The notes below the pieces were generated by a model. The model searched no databases. It was not told the DNA's origin and saw only the letters and a program-made list of their open reading frames with translations. A stretch of 64,000 bases of DNA. It comes from Candidatus Nomurabacteria bacterium (lineage in GTDB: Bacteria > Patescibacteriota > Minisyncoccia > Phycocordibacterales > UBA5272). The stretch covers positions 176,182-240,181 of the forward strand of contig JBAXSC010000001.1 in assembly GCA_037130925.1 (NCBI GenBank). Direction: 5' to 3'. Shown piece after piece: positions 18,164-28,269 of the stretch. The translations under genes were made by a program, and so were the position numbers. The stretch's first letter is position 1, and the number at the start of each line of letters is the position of its first letter.

Positions 18164-20230
18164 ATGAAAAATACAGAAAATACACAAGTTTTTCCAAATT
18201 GGAAAATGATTGCAAAGATACAAAAGTGGCAGAAGAAAGATTTTGATAAATTGTTGACAGACTATTTTGAAAATAAAAAAGAAGTTTATTCTCAAATAAA
18301 ATCTCTTAAAAAAGAAGACAGAAATTTTGAAAATACTATTCTTGCTTTAGAAAATTGTGGTGAAGAATTTAGTGATATATTTTTCCAGACATACGTGTTC
18401 GAAGTAACACATAAAGATAAGAATTATAGAGATATAATAAGCGAATTCAAAAAAGAACTAGCTGATAGATCTGTAGATATCGAATTTGATAAAGATTTAT
18501 ATTTTGCTTTAAAAGATTATATTGAAGGAAATTATTTAACAGAGAAAAATAAATTAGATAAGAGCTTCGGTATCGGTAGTATAAAGTTGGTAGAAGATAC
18601 TTTTAGATCATACAAAAGAATGGGATTTGATTTGGATAAAAAATCTCAAACTAAATTTAAAAATAACTTAAAAAAGATTTCTAGTCTTTCTATAGATTTT
18701 TCTAAAAATGTTAATGATTATAAGGATTTTATTTTGTGTACTAAAGAAGAGTTAAAAGGTTTACCTGAAGACGTTATTTCAAGCTTTGAAAAAGTTGATG
18801 GTAAATATCAAGTAACTTTAGCCTATCCTCACATGTCTCCTTTTATTAAATTTGCTGAGAGTCGCGAAAAAAGAAAAGAAATATCTGATAAGAATTACAA
18901 AAAAGGAGGAAAGAAAAATCTTGATATTTTAACAAAAGTTGTAGCACTTCGTGATGAGAATGCAAAATTGCTTTCTTATGCAAATCATGCTGATTTTGTC
19001 ACAGAAGAAAGAATGGCGAAAAACGAAAAAACTGCTAGAGAATTTTTGATTGATTTTATGTCAAAGCTTGAAAAAAGAGCGACACAAGAAATGAAAGATT
19101 TGAATGTTTTTGCTAAAGAGAATTTGGAAGAATATAAAGATTTAAAAAAAATAGAGTATTATGATCTAACTTTTGTAATGAATAAATTAAAAGAGCAAAA
19201 ATATTCTTTTGATAGCGCTAAATTAAAAGAATATTTTGAATTAGAACATGTATTAACAGAGATGTTTAATATTTTTGGAGAATTGTTTAATTTTAAAGTA
19301 AAAGAAATTGATGCGGTACAGAAAAAAGAAAAAGGAATAGTTTTGCAAGATAAAGACGTAAAATTATTTGAACTTAAAGATAAAAAAGATAATTCTGTGA
19401 TTTCTTATCTAGCTTTAGATCTCTTTCCAAGAGATGGAAAATATGGACATGCTTGTTCTGCGGAATTTGTTAATGGTGGAAATGTAAAAGTAGAAGATAA
19501 AACATTAAGAAAAGTTCCTTTAAATTTTATTATTTGTAATTTTCCAAGACCACAAAAGAAAACTCCTTCACTATTATCTGTTTATGAAGTAGAAGTTCTT
19601 TTCCATGAGTTTGGACATTCTCTTCATTATATGATGACAAAGGCTGTACATGTGTCACAGGCAGGATATCAGACTGTTTGGGATTTTGTGGAGGCTCCAT
19701 CACAATTTATGGAGAATTTTGTTTATCAAAAGAAATATCTATCAAAAATAGCAAAGCATTATATTACTAAAAAAGCTTTAGATGATAAAACTATTGAAAA
19801 AGTTATTGAATCTAGAAAATTTGGTAATAGTTCTAATTATTTTAGAATAGCAATATCTTCTATGTTTGATTTAGATCTTCATTCAAATAAAATTTCTGGT
19901 GATTCTGCGAAATATTTTAATTCCTTACTTAAAAAACATTTTGATTTTGATTTAGAACCGGATGCTATTTTCCCTGCAGGATTTGAGCATATTATGGGTG
20001 GTTATGATGCTGGATATTATTCTTATATGTGGGCACTTGTATATGCGCAAGACTTTTTCTCTATATTTAAAAATAATATAGACAATAAAGAAAAATTAAA
20101 AGAAATAGGTGAGAAATACAGAAAAGAAATACTTGAAGTTGGAAGTAGTCGCGACGAGCTCGAGTCTGCTAAGAAGTTTTTATGTAGACAGTCAAACAAT
20201 AAGGCTTTTTTGAAAGATATTTCAGCTTAA
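18164..20230 (+). CDS. M3-family oligoendopeptidase (thimet/oligopeptidase F-like)
   Basis: Zinc motif FHEFGHSLH. Length and context typical of M3 peptidases. Confidence 0.85.
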   Translation: MKNTENTQVFPNWKMIAKIQKWQKKDFDKLLTDYFENKKEVYSQIKSLKKEDRNFENTILALENCGEEFSDIFFQTYVFEVTHKDKNYRDIISEFKKELADRSVDIEFDKDLYFALKDYIEGNYLTEKNKLDKSFGIGSIKLVEDTFRSYKRMGFDLDKKSQTKFKNNLKKISSLSIDFSKNVNDYKDFILCTKEELKGLPEDVISSFEKVDGKYQVTLAYPHMSPFIKFAESREKRKEISDKNYKKGGKKNLDILTKVVALRDENAKLLSYANHADFVTEERMAKNEKTAREFLIDFMSKLEKRATQEMKDLNVFAKENLEEYKDLKKIEYYDLTFVMNKLKEQKYSFDSAKLKEYFELEHVLTEMFNIFGELFNFKVKEIDAVQKKEKGIVLQDKDVKLFELKDKKDNSVISYLALDLFPRDGKYGHACSAEFVNGGNVKVEDKTLRKVPLNFIICNFPRPQKKTPSLLSVYEVEVLFHEFGHSLHYMMTKAVHVSQAGYQTVWDFVEAPSQFMENFVYQKKYLSKIAKHYITKKALDDKTIEKVIESRKFGNSSNYFRIAISSMFDLDLHSNKISGDSAKYFNSLLKKHFDFDLEPDAIFPAGFEHIMGGYDAGYYSYMWALVYAQDFFSIFKNNIDNKEKLKEIGEKYRKEILEVGSSRDELESAKKFLCRQSNNKAFLKDISA

Positions 20231-20370
20231 GTTTAAAACTTTAAATAAAACAGTTGTATTTATACGGCTGTTTTATTTTGCTTTAATTTAGATTTTGTGG
20301 TATTATTATGAAATCTTAAAAGCAGAAAATGCTTTTATTTTTATCACTTAAATTATAAAAATTTAAAATT

Positions 20371-22179
20371 ATGAATCAAGAATATACAGAAATTAGAAAT
20401 ATAGCTATTATTGCTCACGTGGACCACGGAAAAACAACTTTAACAGACGCTCTTATGAAGGAGTGTGGAGTTTTGGAAGAAGGTTTTTCAATGGATACAA
20501 ATGATCTTGAAAAAGAAAGAGGTATTACTATTTATGCTAAAAACACTTCTGTATTTTATAAAGGTGTGAAAATCAACATTCTTGACACTCCGGGCCATGC
20601 TGACTTTGGATCAGAAGTAGAGCGTGTTCTTCGTTCTATTGACTCAGTTTTGCTTTTAGTTGATGCTCAAGAAGGACCAATGCCACAAACAAGATTTGTG
20701 CTTAAAAAGTCTCTAGAGCTCGGTTTAAAGCCTATAGTCGTGATTAATAAGATTGATAAACCAGCATCTGATTGTCAGAGAGTTCATGATGAAGTTTTTG
20801 AATTATTCTTAGAGCTTGGCGCAAATGATGAGCAATTAGACTTTACAACTGTATATGCTATTGGTCGTGAGGGAGTTGCGATGAAAAATCTTATTGATGA
20901 AAGAAAAAATCTAGAGCCACTTTTAAATACAATTTTAGAGAAAGTTCCAAAGGCAGTAGGTGATAAAAATAATTCTTTTGTAGCACAAGTATTCAATCTT
21001 GCTTATGACAATTTCCTTGGACGTATGGCAGTAGCTCGTGTTTATGAAGGAGAAGCTAAAGTCGGAGAAACAATTTTTGTAAGAGATCAATTTTCTGGAA
21101 AAATTACAAGTGGAAAAATTACAAAAATTTATACATTTATTGGTGTTAAAAAAATAGAGTCAGAATCATGTAGTGCTGGAGACATTGTTATGATTGCAGG
21201 ATTCCCTGATATTTTCATTGGAGAGAGTTTCTTGAAAGATCAAAATGGTCAAGGAAAGCCAGCTATTCATGTAGATGAGCCAACAATCTCTCTAAACTTT
21301 TTAGTGAACGACTCTCCATTTGCAGGAAAAGAAGGAAAATTTGTGACATCACGCCAAATTAGAGATAGATTAGAAAAAGAATTAGAAGTAAATGTGGGAT
21401 TAAAAGTTGATTTTGATAATACAGATAAATATCTTGTTTATGGTAGAGGAGAAATGCATGTTGCTGTGCTTCTTGAAAATATGAGAAGAGAAGGATATGA
21501 ATTACAAGTTTCTCAACCACAAGTTATTTTTCATGAAAAAGAAAATGGTGATAAAGAAGAGCCTTTTGAAGAAGTGGTAGTTGATGTACCGACAGAATTC
21601 TCTGGAGTTGTGATGGAAAAACTTGGAAGAAGAAAAGGTATGGTTCTTGATATGACAGAAAGAGAAGGAATTACTCGTATCAAGGCTGAAGTTCCTACAA
21701 GAGGATTATTAGGATACAGAGGTGAATTTATTATTGATACAAAAGGTCTCGGAATTCTTTCTTCACGCTTTAGAAAATTTGCTGACTATGTTGGTCCAAT
21801 CCAAAGAAAATTATTCGGATCTATGACAAGTATGGAAAGTGGAAAAGCTCTCGGATTCTCACTTTGGAATTTACAAGACAGAGGAGTTATCTATATTGGT
21901 CCAGCTACAGAAGTTTATGCTGGTATGATTATTGGAAATACAAGTAAAGGAGAAGAAATGACAGTTAATCCAACAAAAGGAAAGCAATTATCAAATATGC
22001 GTTCTTCTGGTGCTGATGAAGCTATTAATCTTGTTCCGGCATGGGAGATTTCAATCGAAAGAGGACTTGAAATTATGAATGAAGATGAATATCTTGAAGT
22101 TACTCCAAAATCAGTGAGATTAAGAAAACAAATACTTGATGAAGGAATGCGTGCGAAAGTAAATAGAAATAAATCATAA
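20371..22179 (+). CDS. typA: translational GTPase TypA/BipA
   Basis: N-terminus [25 protein letters not shown]-like domain order. 602 aa. Confidence 0.95.
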   Translation: MNQEYTEIRNIAIIAHVDHGKTTLTDALMKECGVLEEGFSMDTNDLEKERGITIYAKNTSVFYKGVKINILDTPGHADFGSEVERVLRSIDSVLLLVDAQEGPMPQTRFVLKKSLELGLKPIVVINKIDKPASDCQRVHDEVFELFLELGANDEQLDFTTVYAIGREGVAMKNLIDERKNLEPLLNTILEKVPKAVGDKNNSFVAQVFNLAYDNFLGRMAVARVYEGEAKVGETIFVRDQFSGKITSGKITKIYTFIGVKKIESESCSAGDIVMIAGFPDIFIGESFLKDQNGQGKPAIHVDEPTISLNFLVNDSPFAGKEGKFVTSRQIRDRLEKELEVNVGLKVDFDNTDKYLVYGRGEMHVAVLLENMRREGYELQVSQPQVIFHEKENGDKEEPFEEVVVDVPTEFSGVVMEKLGRRKGMVLDMTEREGITRIKAEVPTRGLLGYRGEFIIDTKGLGILSSRFRKFADYVGPIQRKLFGSMTSMESGKALGFSLWNLQDRGVIYIGPATEVYAGMIIGNTSKGEEMTVNPTKGKQLSNMRSSGADEAINLVPAWEISIERGLEIMNEDEYLEVTPKSVRLRKQILDEGMRAKVNRNKS

Positions 22180-22203
22180 TTTTAAAAATTATAATTATAA
22201 TAA

Positions 22204-22236
22204 AAATATCCTTACAAAATAAGGATATTTTTGTTA
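22204..22236 (+). terminator. rho-independent terminator after typA
   Basis: ATATCCTTA-caaaa-TAAGGATAT followed by TTTTTGTT. Confidence 0.65.
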
Positions 22237-22252
22237 TTCAAATTAAATATAC

Positions 22253-22280
22253 TTGACAAATAATATTAAAAGAGTATAGT
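22253..22280 (+). promoter_or_regulatory. sigma70 promoter TTGACA-N16-TATAGT (leader module copy R2)
   Basis: TTGACAAAT 22253-22261, TATAGT 22275-22280. Confidence 0.6.
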
Positions 22281-22294
22281 GATTTATAGATAAA

Positions 22295-22328
22295 TTTTGT
22301 TCTTTTAAATTAAAATTAAGAACAAATT
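22295..22328 (+). promoter_or_regulatory. conserved leader inverted repeat TTTTGTTCTTTT…AAGAACAAA (copy R2)
   Basis: Aligns with the copies at 860 and 35508. Confidence 0.5.
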
Positions 22329-22370
22329 TAAATTTCTAAAAATATTTTTTAATTATTCAAATTTTAAACA

Positions 22371-22910
22371 ATGAATAGCAATTTATCAATTTACAAAGAT
22401 GGTGAAAAAATCACAGGTAATGAACATGTAATTAAAACAGAAGTTATTGCAGGAGCTACCTGCTATTTTATCTCAGAACTTTGTTTTAAAGTTTCTACTG
22501 AAGATCTTGTATTGTTACAAGATAATACTGAAGCAATTAATGTTTTTAGTAAACTTGGAGATAGAGAAGAAAATGTGTTAAATGAATGGCCAAAAGCAAA
22601 AATACTTCCAAATTGGATTTATTTTGTAAAAAAAGGAAAACACATTTCTAGTAACGAAGTAGAAAAACTTTATGAAGAAATCATGCTGAGAGTAGAATTA
22701 AATGTTATTGCAGCATTTAATTCAAAATATCCAGAATTTCATAAAAGTGTCCGAAATGGGATTCAAATAAAAAATTCTAAAGGTGACTTCTGTTCTGCTG
22801 TTTTTGGTTGCTGGCCAGAAGATTCAAGTGTTCATATTGAGCTGTTACATTTACATGATAGTGAATATGAGTGGGGATTTTATTGGTGGTTTCCTGGGTT
22901 TATTAAGTAG
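22371..22910 (+). CDS. hypothetical protein (Trp/Phe-rich C-terminus)
   Basis: 179-aa ORF driven by the R-module. Confidence 0.45.
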   Translation: MNSNLSIYKDGEKITGNEHVIKTEVIAGATCYFISELCFKVSTEDLVLLQDNTEAINVFSKLGDREENVLNEWPKAKILPNWIYFVKKGKHISSNEVEKLYEEIMLRVELNVIAAFNSKYPEFHKSVRNGIQIKNSKGDFCSAVFGCWPEDSSVHIELLHLHDSEYEWGFYWWFPGFIK

Positions 22911-22974
22911 TTTTTTCTTTTCAAACTTTGTTTTTTATTAGACCTTTAACTTTAAAAAAAGTTGAAGGTCTTTT

Positions 22975-23649
22975 TTGTTATATAATATATTCACTATTGT
23001 ATTAATATTTAATATGCATATACGCTCAAAAAAGAATTTAAAGCCAGGACTGAATGATAGATCTATTAGTCGATTAATTTTTTCTATTGTGATTGTTTTT
23101 ATAATGCTCGGATTAGTTTTTTCTTTAGGAAATATTGGAAAGAGTCGTAAATTGGATTTTAATTTTTTATCCAGATTCCAAGATAAATTTAAAAAACAAG
23201 AAGTTGCTACGACTACTAGTATGGCTTGGATTTTAAATCCTTCTAAAATTTTAAAAACAAATGATGGGCAGGAAATATATATACAAATTGCATCTACATC
23301 ACAAGAAGAAGCAGATGGACTTTCTTGGAAAGACCAATTAAAAGTTTATAATCAAAATGGAAAAATAAATACTGAAGGAATGCTTTTTGATTTTAAATTT
23401 CCAAAGATAGAAAATTTTTGGATGAAAGATATGAATTTTGATCTTGATATGATTTGGCTTGATAGTAATTATAAAATAGTTCATATAGAGAAAAATGCTT
23501 TAGCAAGTTCATATAATAAAGAAGATCCAAATTCTTCGCAGATTTTTTCTAATGATAATGATCATTTAGCTCAATATGTTTTAGAAATAAATGCTGGATT
23601 AGTAGATAAAATGAATTTAAAAGAAGGGGATACTTTAATCACTAATTAA
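22975..23649 (+). CDS. DUF192-domain protein with N-terminal membrane anchor
   Basis: …FWMKDMNFDLDMIWLDSNYKIVHI…YVLEINAGLVDKMNLKEGDTL… matches the DUF192 (COG1430) consensus. Confidence 0.65.
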   Translation: MLYNIFTIVLIFNMHIRSKKNLKPGLNDRSISRLIFSIVIVFIMLGLVFSLGNIGKSRKLDFNFLSRFQDKFKKQEVATTTSMAWILNPSKILKTNDGQEIYIQIASTSQEEADGLSWKDQLKVYNQNGKINTEGMLFDFKFPKIENFWMKDMNFDLDMIWLDSNYKIVHIEKNALASSYNKEDPNSSQIFSNDNDHLAQYVLEINAGLVDKMNLKEGDTLITN

Positions 23650-23733
23650 TTTATTTTAAATTTTATAGAATATCTGATTGGTTAAAAAGGCTAATTTGTG
23701 CTATATTTTAATAGATTAAATCAAAACTAAGCA

Positions 23734-25509
23734 ATGCAAAATATCAGAAATTTCTCAATTATTGCACATATTGATCACGGGAAGTCTACTTTGGCTGACC
23801 GTCTTTTAGAGTTTACTCATACAGTAGAAAACAGAAAAATGAAGAATCAGGTTCTTGATTCTATGGATCTTGAAAGAGAAAGAGGTATTACAATTAAAAT
23901 GACTCCAGTGAGAATGGAATATAAAAATTATATTTTAAATCTTATTGATACTCCAGGACATATAGATTTTTCTTATGAAGTTTCTCGTAGTTTGAGAGCT
24001 GTAGAAGGAGCTTTGCTTTTAGTTGATGCGACACAAGGTGTTCAGGCTCAGACTTTAACAACTCTAGAAATGGCACAAAATGCAGAGCTGACAATTATTC
24101 CTGTTATTAATAAAATAGACTCTCCTATTGCTGACGTGGAAGGTGTAAAAGCACAAATTATAAGTTTATTAAAAATAAAATCAGAAGATATTATTTTAGT
24201 TTCTGGAAAGACTGGTGAAGGAGTAGAAACTTTGCTTGAAGAAATAATTACAAAAATACCAGAACCTAAAATTGAAAAAGTTGAAAAAAAATCTTTCCGT
24301 GCACTTATTTTTGATTTTGAATATTCAAATCACGAAGGAGTTATTTTGTATGTGAGAATTTTAAATGGAAGCGTCAAAAGAAATGACGAATTAACTTTTA
24401 TAAAATCCAAATATAGATTTTTAGTGAGAAATGTCGGAGTATTTAAACCGCAAAAATTAGAAAACAAAGAATTAACAGAAGGCGAAATTGGATACATTGT
24501 GACAGGCATAAAAGAGCCTGGAGTTGCAAGAGTTGGAGATACTGTGACTACTTTTGCTCATCCTCTTCCAGCTTTTGCTGGATATGAAGAACCTACACCT
24601 TTGGTATTTGCTTCTGTATATCCTGAGACTCAAGATGAATTTGATGATTTACGCTCTGCATTATGGAAATTGCGTTTATCTGACTCATCTTTAACTTTTG
24701 AAGAAGAGGCTAGTGGTGCGCTCGGTAGAGGCTTTAGATGTGGATTTTTAGGTATGTTACACCTTGAAATTGTCACAGAAAGACTAAGAAGAGAGTTTGA
24801 TCAAGAATTAATTGTGACTCAACCATCTATTACTTATGATGTGGAATTAAAAGATCGTTCACATGAGAAAGTTTATACTCCTATACATTTTCCAGATCAT
24901 GGATATTATTTATCTGTCAGAGAACCTTGGATTGTTTTAACTATTATTTCTCCTAATGATTATTTATCAAATATGATACAGCTCTTCCAGAGACATGAAG
25001 GAGAGATTTTGGATATGAAAGATTGGGGAGAAAACAGAATTAATATTCAGCTTTCAATGCCTCTCCGTGAATTGATGAGAAACTTTTTTGACGAATTAAA
25101 ATCTGCGTCTAGTGGATATGCTTCTATTTCTTACAAAATGGGCGAAATGCGTGACGCCCAAGTGACTCGTCTCGATGTGTATATTGCCGAAGAAAGAGTT
25201 GCTGCTTTTTCAAGAGTTATACCAGAATACAGAACAGAAGAAGAGTCTGAAGAAGTGGTAGAAAAACTTTTTAAAATTTTACCTAAAGAATTATTTAGAG
25301 TTAAAATTCAAGCAATGGTAAAAGGAAGAATTGTCGCATCAAGATCTATTGCTCCAATGAAAAAAGATGTGACAGGATATCTTTATGGAGGAGACATTAC
25401 TCGTAAAATGAAGCTTCGTGATAAACAGAAAAAAGGTAAAAAGAGAATGCAGAGAGATGGAAAGGTACATATAGAGCATGACACATTTTTACAAATGATG
25501 AAAAAATAA
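23734..25509 (+). CDS. lepA: elongation factor 4 (LepA)
   Basis: IRNFSIIAHIDHGKSTLADRLL. LepA C-terminal domain. 591 aa. Confidence 0.95.
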   Translation: MQNIRNFSIIAHIDHGKSTLADRLLEFTHTVENRKMKNQVLDSMDLERERGITIKMTPVRMEYKNYILNLIDTPGHIDFSYEVSRSLRAVEGALLLVDATQGVQAQTLTTLEMAQNAELTIIPVINKIDSPIADVEGVKAQIISLLKIKSEDIILVSGKTGEGVETLLEEIITKIPEPKIEKVEKKSFRALIFDFEYSNHEGVILYVRILNGSVKRNDELTFIKSKYRFLVRNVGVFKPQKLENKELTEGEIGYIVTGIKEPGVARVGDTVTTFAHPLPAFAGYEEPTPLVFASVYPETQDEFDDLRSALWKLRLSDSSLTFEEEASGALGRGFRCGFLGMLHLEIVTERLRREFDQELIVTQPSITYDVELKDRSHEKVYTPIHFPDHGYYLSVREPWIVLTIISPNDYLSNMIQLFQRHEGEILDMKDWGENRINIQLSMPLRELMRNFFDELKSASSGYASISYKMGEMRDAQVTRLDVYIAEERVAAFSRVIPEYRTEEESEEVVEKLFKILPKELFRVKIQAMVKGRIVASRSIAPMKKDVTGYLYGGDITRKMKLRDKQKKGKKRMQRDGKVHIEHDTFLQMMKK

Positions 25510-25510
25510 A

Positions 25511-25544
25511 AACCAGAAATATATTTCTGGTTTTTATTTTTTTT
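25511..25544. terminator. rho-independent terminator after lepA
   Basis: CCAGAAAT-at-ATTTCTGG perfect stem followed by TTTTTATTTTTTTT. Confidence 0.75.
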
Positions 25545-25551
25545 AATATCT

Positions 25552-25659
25552 TTAGCGTAAAAGAGGTATTAATAAGAATCCAATCATTGCTACAGCCATT
25601 AATACAGCTACGACTTTATATATTCTATCTACGGTCTTTTTATGATGAGTTTTAAACAT
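25552..25659 (-). CDS. possible 35-aa small membrane protein (MFKTHHKKTVDRIYKVVAVLMAVAMIGFLLIPLLR)
   Basis: Short ORF with one TM helix in an otherwise empty intergenic interval. Unverified. Confidence 0.2.
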   Translation of the reverse strand: MFKTHHKKTVDRIYKVVAVLMAVAMIGFLLIPLLR

Positions 25660-25748
25660 AAATTTATTTTATTTATAAATTATAGCATTTTGCTTTATTT
25701 TTTAAAAGTTTATTTTTCTATGTTAAAATATCTTAATAAATCAATTTT

Positions 25749-26129
25749 ATGAGACAATATAAGGAAAAATTCCTTTGGAGAAATATTTTCTATAGTAATT
25801 TTACTATAGTCGTCATATCTATTTTACTTTTTTTTGTGATAAGTGGTCTTTATAAACTTTATGTAAAATATGAGATAACTCAAGCTGATTTGGTTTCTGT
25901 AAATAAGGATAAATTAGATGAACAGCAAAAGCTTGCTGCTACTCAAAATAAATTAGATGCTATAAATACTGAGCCAGGACAAGAAAAATATATTCGTGAG
26001 ACTTATTCTCTTAAAAAGCAAGGTGAGGGTGTGATTATTATATACGATACACCTTCATCTACCTATGTTATTCCTAAAAGTTCCACATTTTGGGATTCTG
26101 TAAAATCTTTCTTTCAAAATTTGTGGTAA
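25749..26129 (+). CDS. septum formation initiator-like protein (FtsB/DivIC-like)
   Basis: N-terminal TM, coiled coil, C-terminal …YIRETYSLKKQGEGVII typical of FtsB/DivIC. Confidence 0.45.
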   Translation: MRQYKEKFLWRNIFYSNFTIVVISILLFFVISGLYKLYVKYEITQADLVSVNKDKLDEQQKLAATQNKLDAINTEPGQEKYIRETYSLKKQGEGVIIIYDTPSSTYVIPKSSTFWDSVKSFFQNLW

Positions 26130-26182
26130 GAAATATACGTGATATACTATTTAAATAACAAAGATTAAAAATTAATAAATTT

Positions 26183-26431
26183 ATGAATAATACAAAAAAA
26201 ATAGAAATCTTTAGTACTCCGGTCTGTCATTTTTGTAGTTTAGCAAAAGATTGGCTAAAGGAAAAAGGTGTCGAATATACAGAATATAATGTAGCTGCTG
26301 ATATTGAAAAAAGAAAAGAAATGGTAGAAATGACAGGTCAGCTAGGTGTACCAGTTATAAAAATAGGTGAAGATGTATTAATCGGATTTAATCCTAACAA
26401 AATGGCGGAAATACTTTCTATTACTCTCTAG
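26183..26431 (+). CDS. glutaredoxin-like protein (NrdH/YruB-type)
   Basis: …IFSTPVCHFCSLAKDWL… CxxC on a thioredoxin fold. 82 aa. Confidence 0.7.
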   Translation: MNNTKKIEIFSTPVCHFCSLAKDWLKEKGVEYTEYNVAADIEKRKEMVEMTGQLGVPVIKIGEDVLIGFNPNKMAEILSITL

Positions 26432-26523
26432 AATTTGAATAATAAATAAAATAAAATCTCAGATAACCTGGGGTTTTATTTTTGGAAAAAAAGGATTTTT
26501 ATGATAATATGTATATAACCCTT

Positions 26524-26596
26524 GCCGAGATAGCTCAGTTGGTAGAGCATTTCCCTGAAGAGGAAGGGGTCGCCAGTTCGAGCCTGGCTCTCGGCA
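26524..26596 (+). tRNA. tRNA-Phe (anticodon GAA)
   Basis: GCCGAGATAGCTCAGTTGGTAGAGC…anticodon loop CTGAAGA…GGTTCGAGCC…TCTCGGCA. Confidence 0.9.
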
Positions 26597-26617
26597 CAAA
26601 GAAGTTTAAATAAACAA

Positions 26618-26650
26618 AAAAGACAAATATTTAATTTGTCTTTTTTGTTT
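26618..26650. terminator. bidirectional terminator
   Basis: AGACAAAT…ATTTGTCT stem followed by TTTTTTGTTTT. Confidence 0.6.
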
Positions 26651-26657
26651 TGTGTAA

Positions 26658-26984
26658 TTATTTTCCTATACTATTCAATACTGATTTTACTTTTCCAAAG
26701 TCTGGTAAATTATTTAGTCTATCTGAAATATTTAATATTACGTTTTTTAATCCTATGAATTGATTCAAGATTGAGTTTGCAGCTGGTTGTAATAAATAAT
26801 AAGCACCAAAGGCGACACTGATAACTATTATCCAATATGCAATCTTTAAATTATTTGCTAATTTTTGACTGCTTCTTATTTTTTTTAATAATTCATTATT
26901 TTCTTCCAAAATTTCGAGCATTCTCTTTTCTAGAGATATTATTTTCTCTTCATTATTAAGATGATTATTATTTTCTTTTTCCAT
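26658..26984 (-). CDS. hypothetical coiled-coil protein with a C-terminal TM segment
   Basis: 108-aa ORF. Confidence 0.4.
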   Translation of the reverse strand: MEKENNNHLNNEEKIISLEKRMLEILEENNELLKKIRSSQKLANNLKIAYWIIVISVAFGAYYLLQPAANSILNQFIGLKNVILNISDRLNNLPDFGKVKSVLNSIGK

Positions 26985-27010
26985 AATTTTATTTATTTAA
27001 TTATAACATG

Positions 27011-27082
27011 TGCTCTCGGCAGGAATCGAACCCACAAACCCTCCTTAGGACGGAGGAGTTATATCCATTTAACTACGAGAGC
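27011..27082 (-). tRNA. tRNA-Arg (anticodon CCT)
   Basis: Reverse complement GCTCTCG-TA-GTTA…TAAC…CCTCC-GTCCTAA-GGAGG…GTGGG-TTCGATT-CCTGC-CGAGAGC-A. Confidence 0.75.
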
Positions 27083-27180
27083 TTTGAAATTAATAATAAC
27101 ATAATAATTTGCTTTTTTATAGATTTGTGTTAGATTAACTCTGATATTTCGTTATTTTAAATCTATTAAATTTATTAATC

Positions 27181-27549
27181 ATGTCAAAATGTATTTATTT
27201 AACACCAGAAGGTGTTTGTCCTATTTGTGGTGGAAAAACCAAGAATTCTATCAGAAGGTTTAATATTTGGCGTACAGATTTTTATTATGGAGAAGAAGGT
27301 TTTTCTATTAATGAAAAAGTAAACCCTTCTGTTGACGTTGAAACTAGTATTTGTAACAAATGCTGGAATAATGGTAACAAATTTGGACTTGTTGGGATCA
27401 ATGAGAATGCTATTCTCGATGACTTGAGAAAGGTTTATCATTTTAAAAATGGAGCCGAATTCAGGCCGATTTGTTATTTTTTCAAGTACGGAATAAAAAT
27501 AGTTGTTCCGTACAGAGAAAAAAAAGAAAACATAAGTATGAGGGTTTAA
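27181..27549 (+). CDS. hypothetical Cys-rich (zinc-ribbon-like) protein
   Basis: CPICGG…CNKCWNN cysteine pairs. 122 aa. Confidence 0.4.
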   Translation: MSKCIYLTPEGVCPICGGKTKNSIRRFNIWRTDFYYGEEGFSINEKVNPSVDVETSICNKCWNNGNKFGLVGINENAILDDLRKVYHFKNGAEFRPICYFFKYGIKIVVPYREKKENISMRV

Positions 27550-27572
27550 AAATTCTTTTAACTTTTAATTGA

Positions 27573-27607
27573 AAAAGCCGATGAAATTTTCATCGGCTTT
27601 TTGTTTT
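27573..27607. terminator. bidirectional rho-independent terminator
   Basis: AAAGCCGATGAAA/TTTCATCGGCTTT 12-bp stem with flanking T-runs. Confidence 0.75.
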
Positions 27608-27615
27608 GATTTTAT

Positions 27616-28125
27616 TTAGATACTTTTAACTTTCACTTTCGCTAATTTTGCTTTATCAACTTTTGGTAGGCGAATGATTAGTAAACCATGTTTTTCTACA
27701 GCTTCCACATTTTCAATTTCTATTTCATGAGGAAGTAAAATACTTCTTGAAAATGATCCCCAGTATAGCTCACGATAGAAGTAGTCATCTTCTGAGATTT
27801 GAGTATTACCGTCACGGCGACCTTTTATTGTGACCATATCACGAGTAATTGAGATCTGAAGATCTTCTGGCTTTACTCCAGCAAGCATTGCTTCTATGAT
27901 CATTTCATTTTGAGTTTGATAAACATCTACAGATAGTTCACCATCTTCTTCTTCGAATTCTTCTGTTGGAGTTAAATTGCTAATTGTTCTCTCTGCTTCG
28001 TTGAATTTTTTCATTCCTCCTCTTCTTTCGATTTGGACTTCCATTTCTTCTTCCTCTGGATCAGTATCTTCAACCATTACAGATCCTGCAAGTCTTTCAA
28101 AAAATGATTTTTTTTCTTTTGACAT
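27616..28125 (-). CDS. small heat-shock protein (Hsp20/alpha-crystallin family)
   Basis: Alpha-crystallin domain …VTIKGRR…YRELYWGSFSRSILLPHEIE…EAVEKHGLLIIRLPK. Confidence 0.85.
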   Translation of the reverse strand: MSKEKKSFFERLAGSVMVEDTDPEEEEMEVQIERRGGMKKFNEAERTISNLTPTEEFEEEDGELSVDVYQTQNEMIIEAMLAGVKPEDLQISITRDMVTIKGRRDGNTQISEDDYFYRELYWGSFSRSILLPHEIEIENVEAVEKHGLLIIRLPKVDKAKLAKVKVKSI

Positions 28126-28269
28126 AAATTTAATAGTACCTAATTTTTATAAATAAAATCTAAACTAACTTTTTAATATTATATTTATTATACAATATTA
28201 TTTTAAATAGTATTAATAAAAATGCAAGAGTTATCCACAGTAAAGAAAAAATAAATTAAATTACAAAAA

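Noticed and set aside
28230-28245. Perfect DnaA-box nonamers TTATCCACA at about 28237 and 32468, and TGTGGATAA at about 38620, considered as a possible oriC signature
   Set aside because: They are single, isolated boxes spread over 10 kb. No cluster, no adjacent AT-rich DUE with 13-mers, and no dnaA or dnaN nearby. They are probably individual DnaA-regulated promoters or chance matches.
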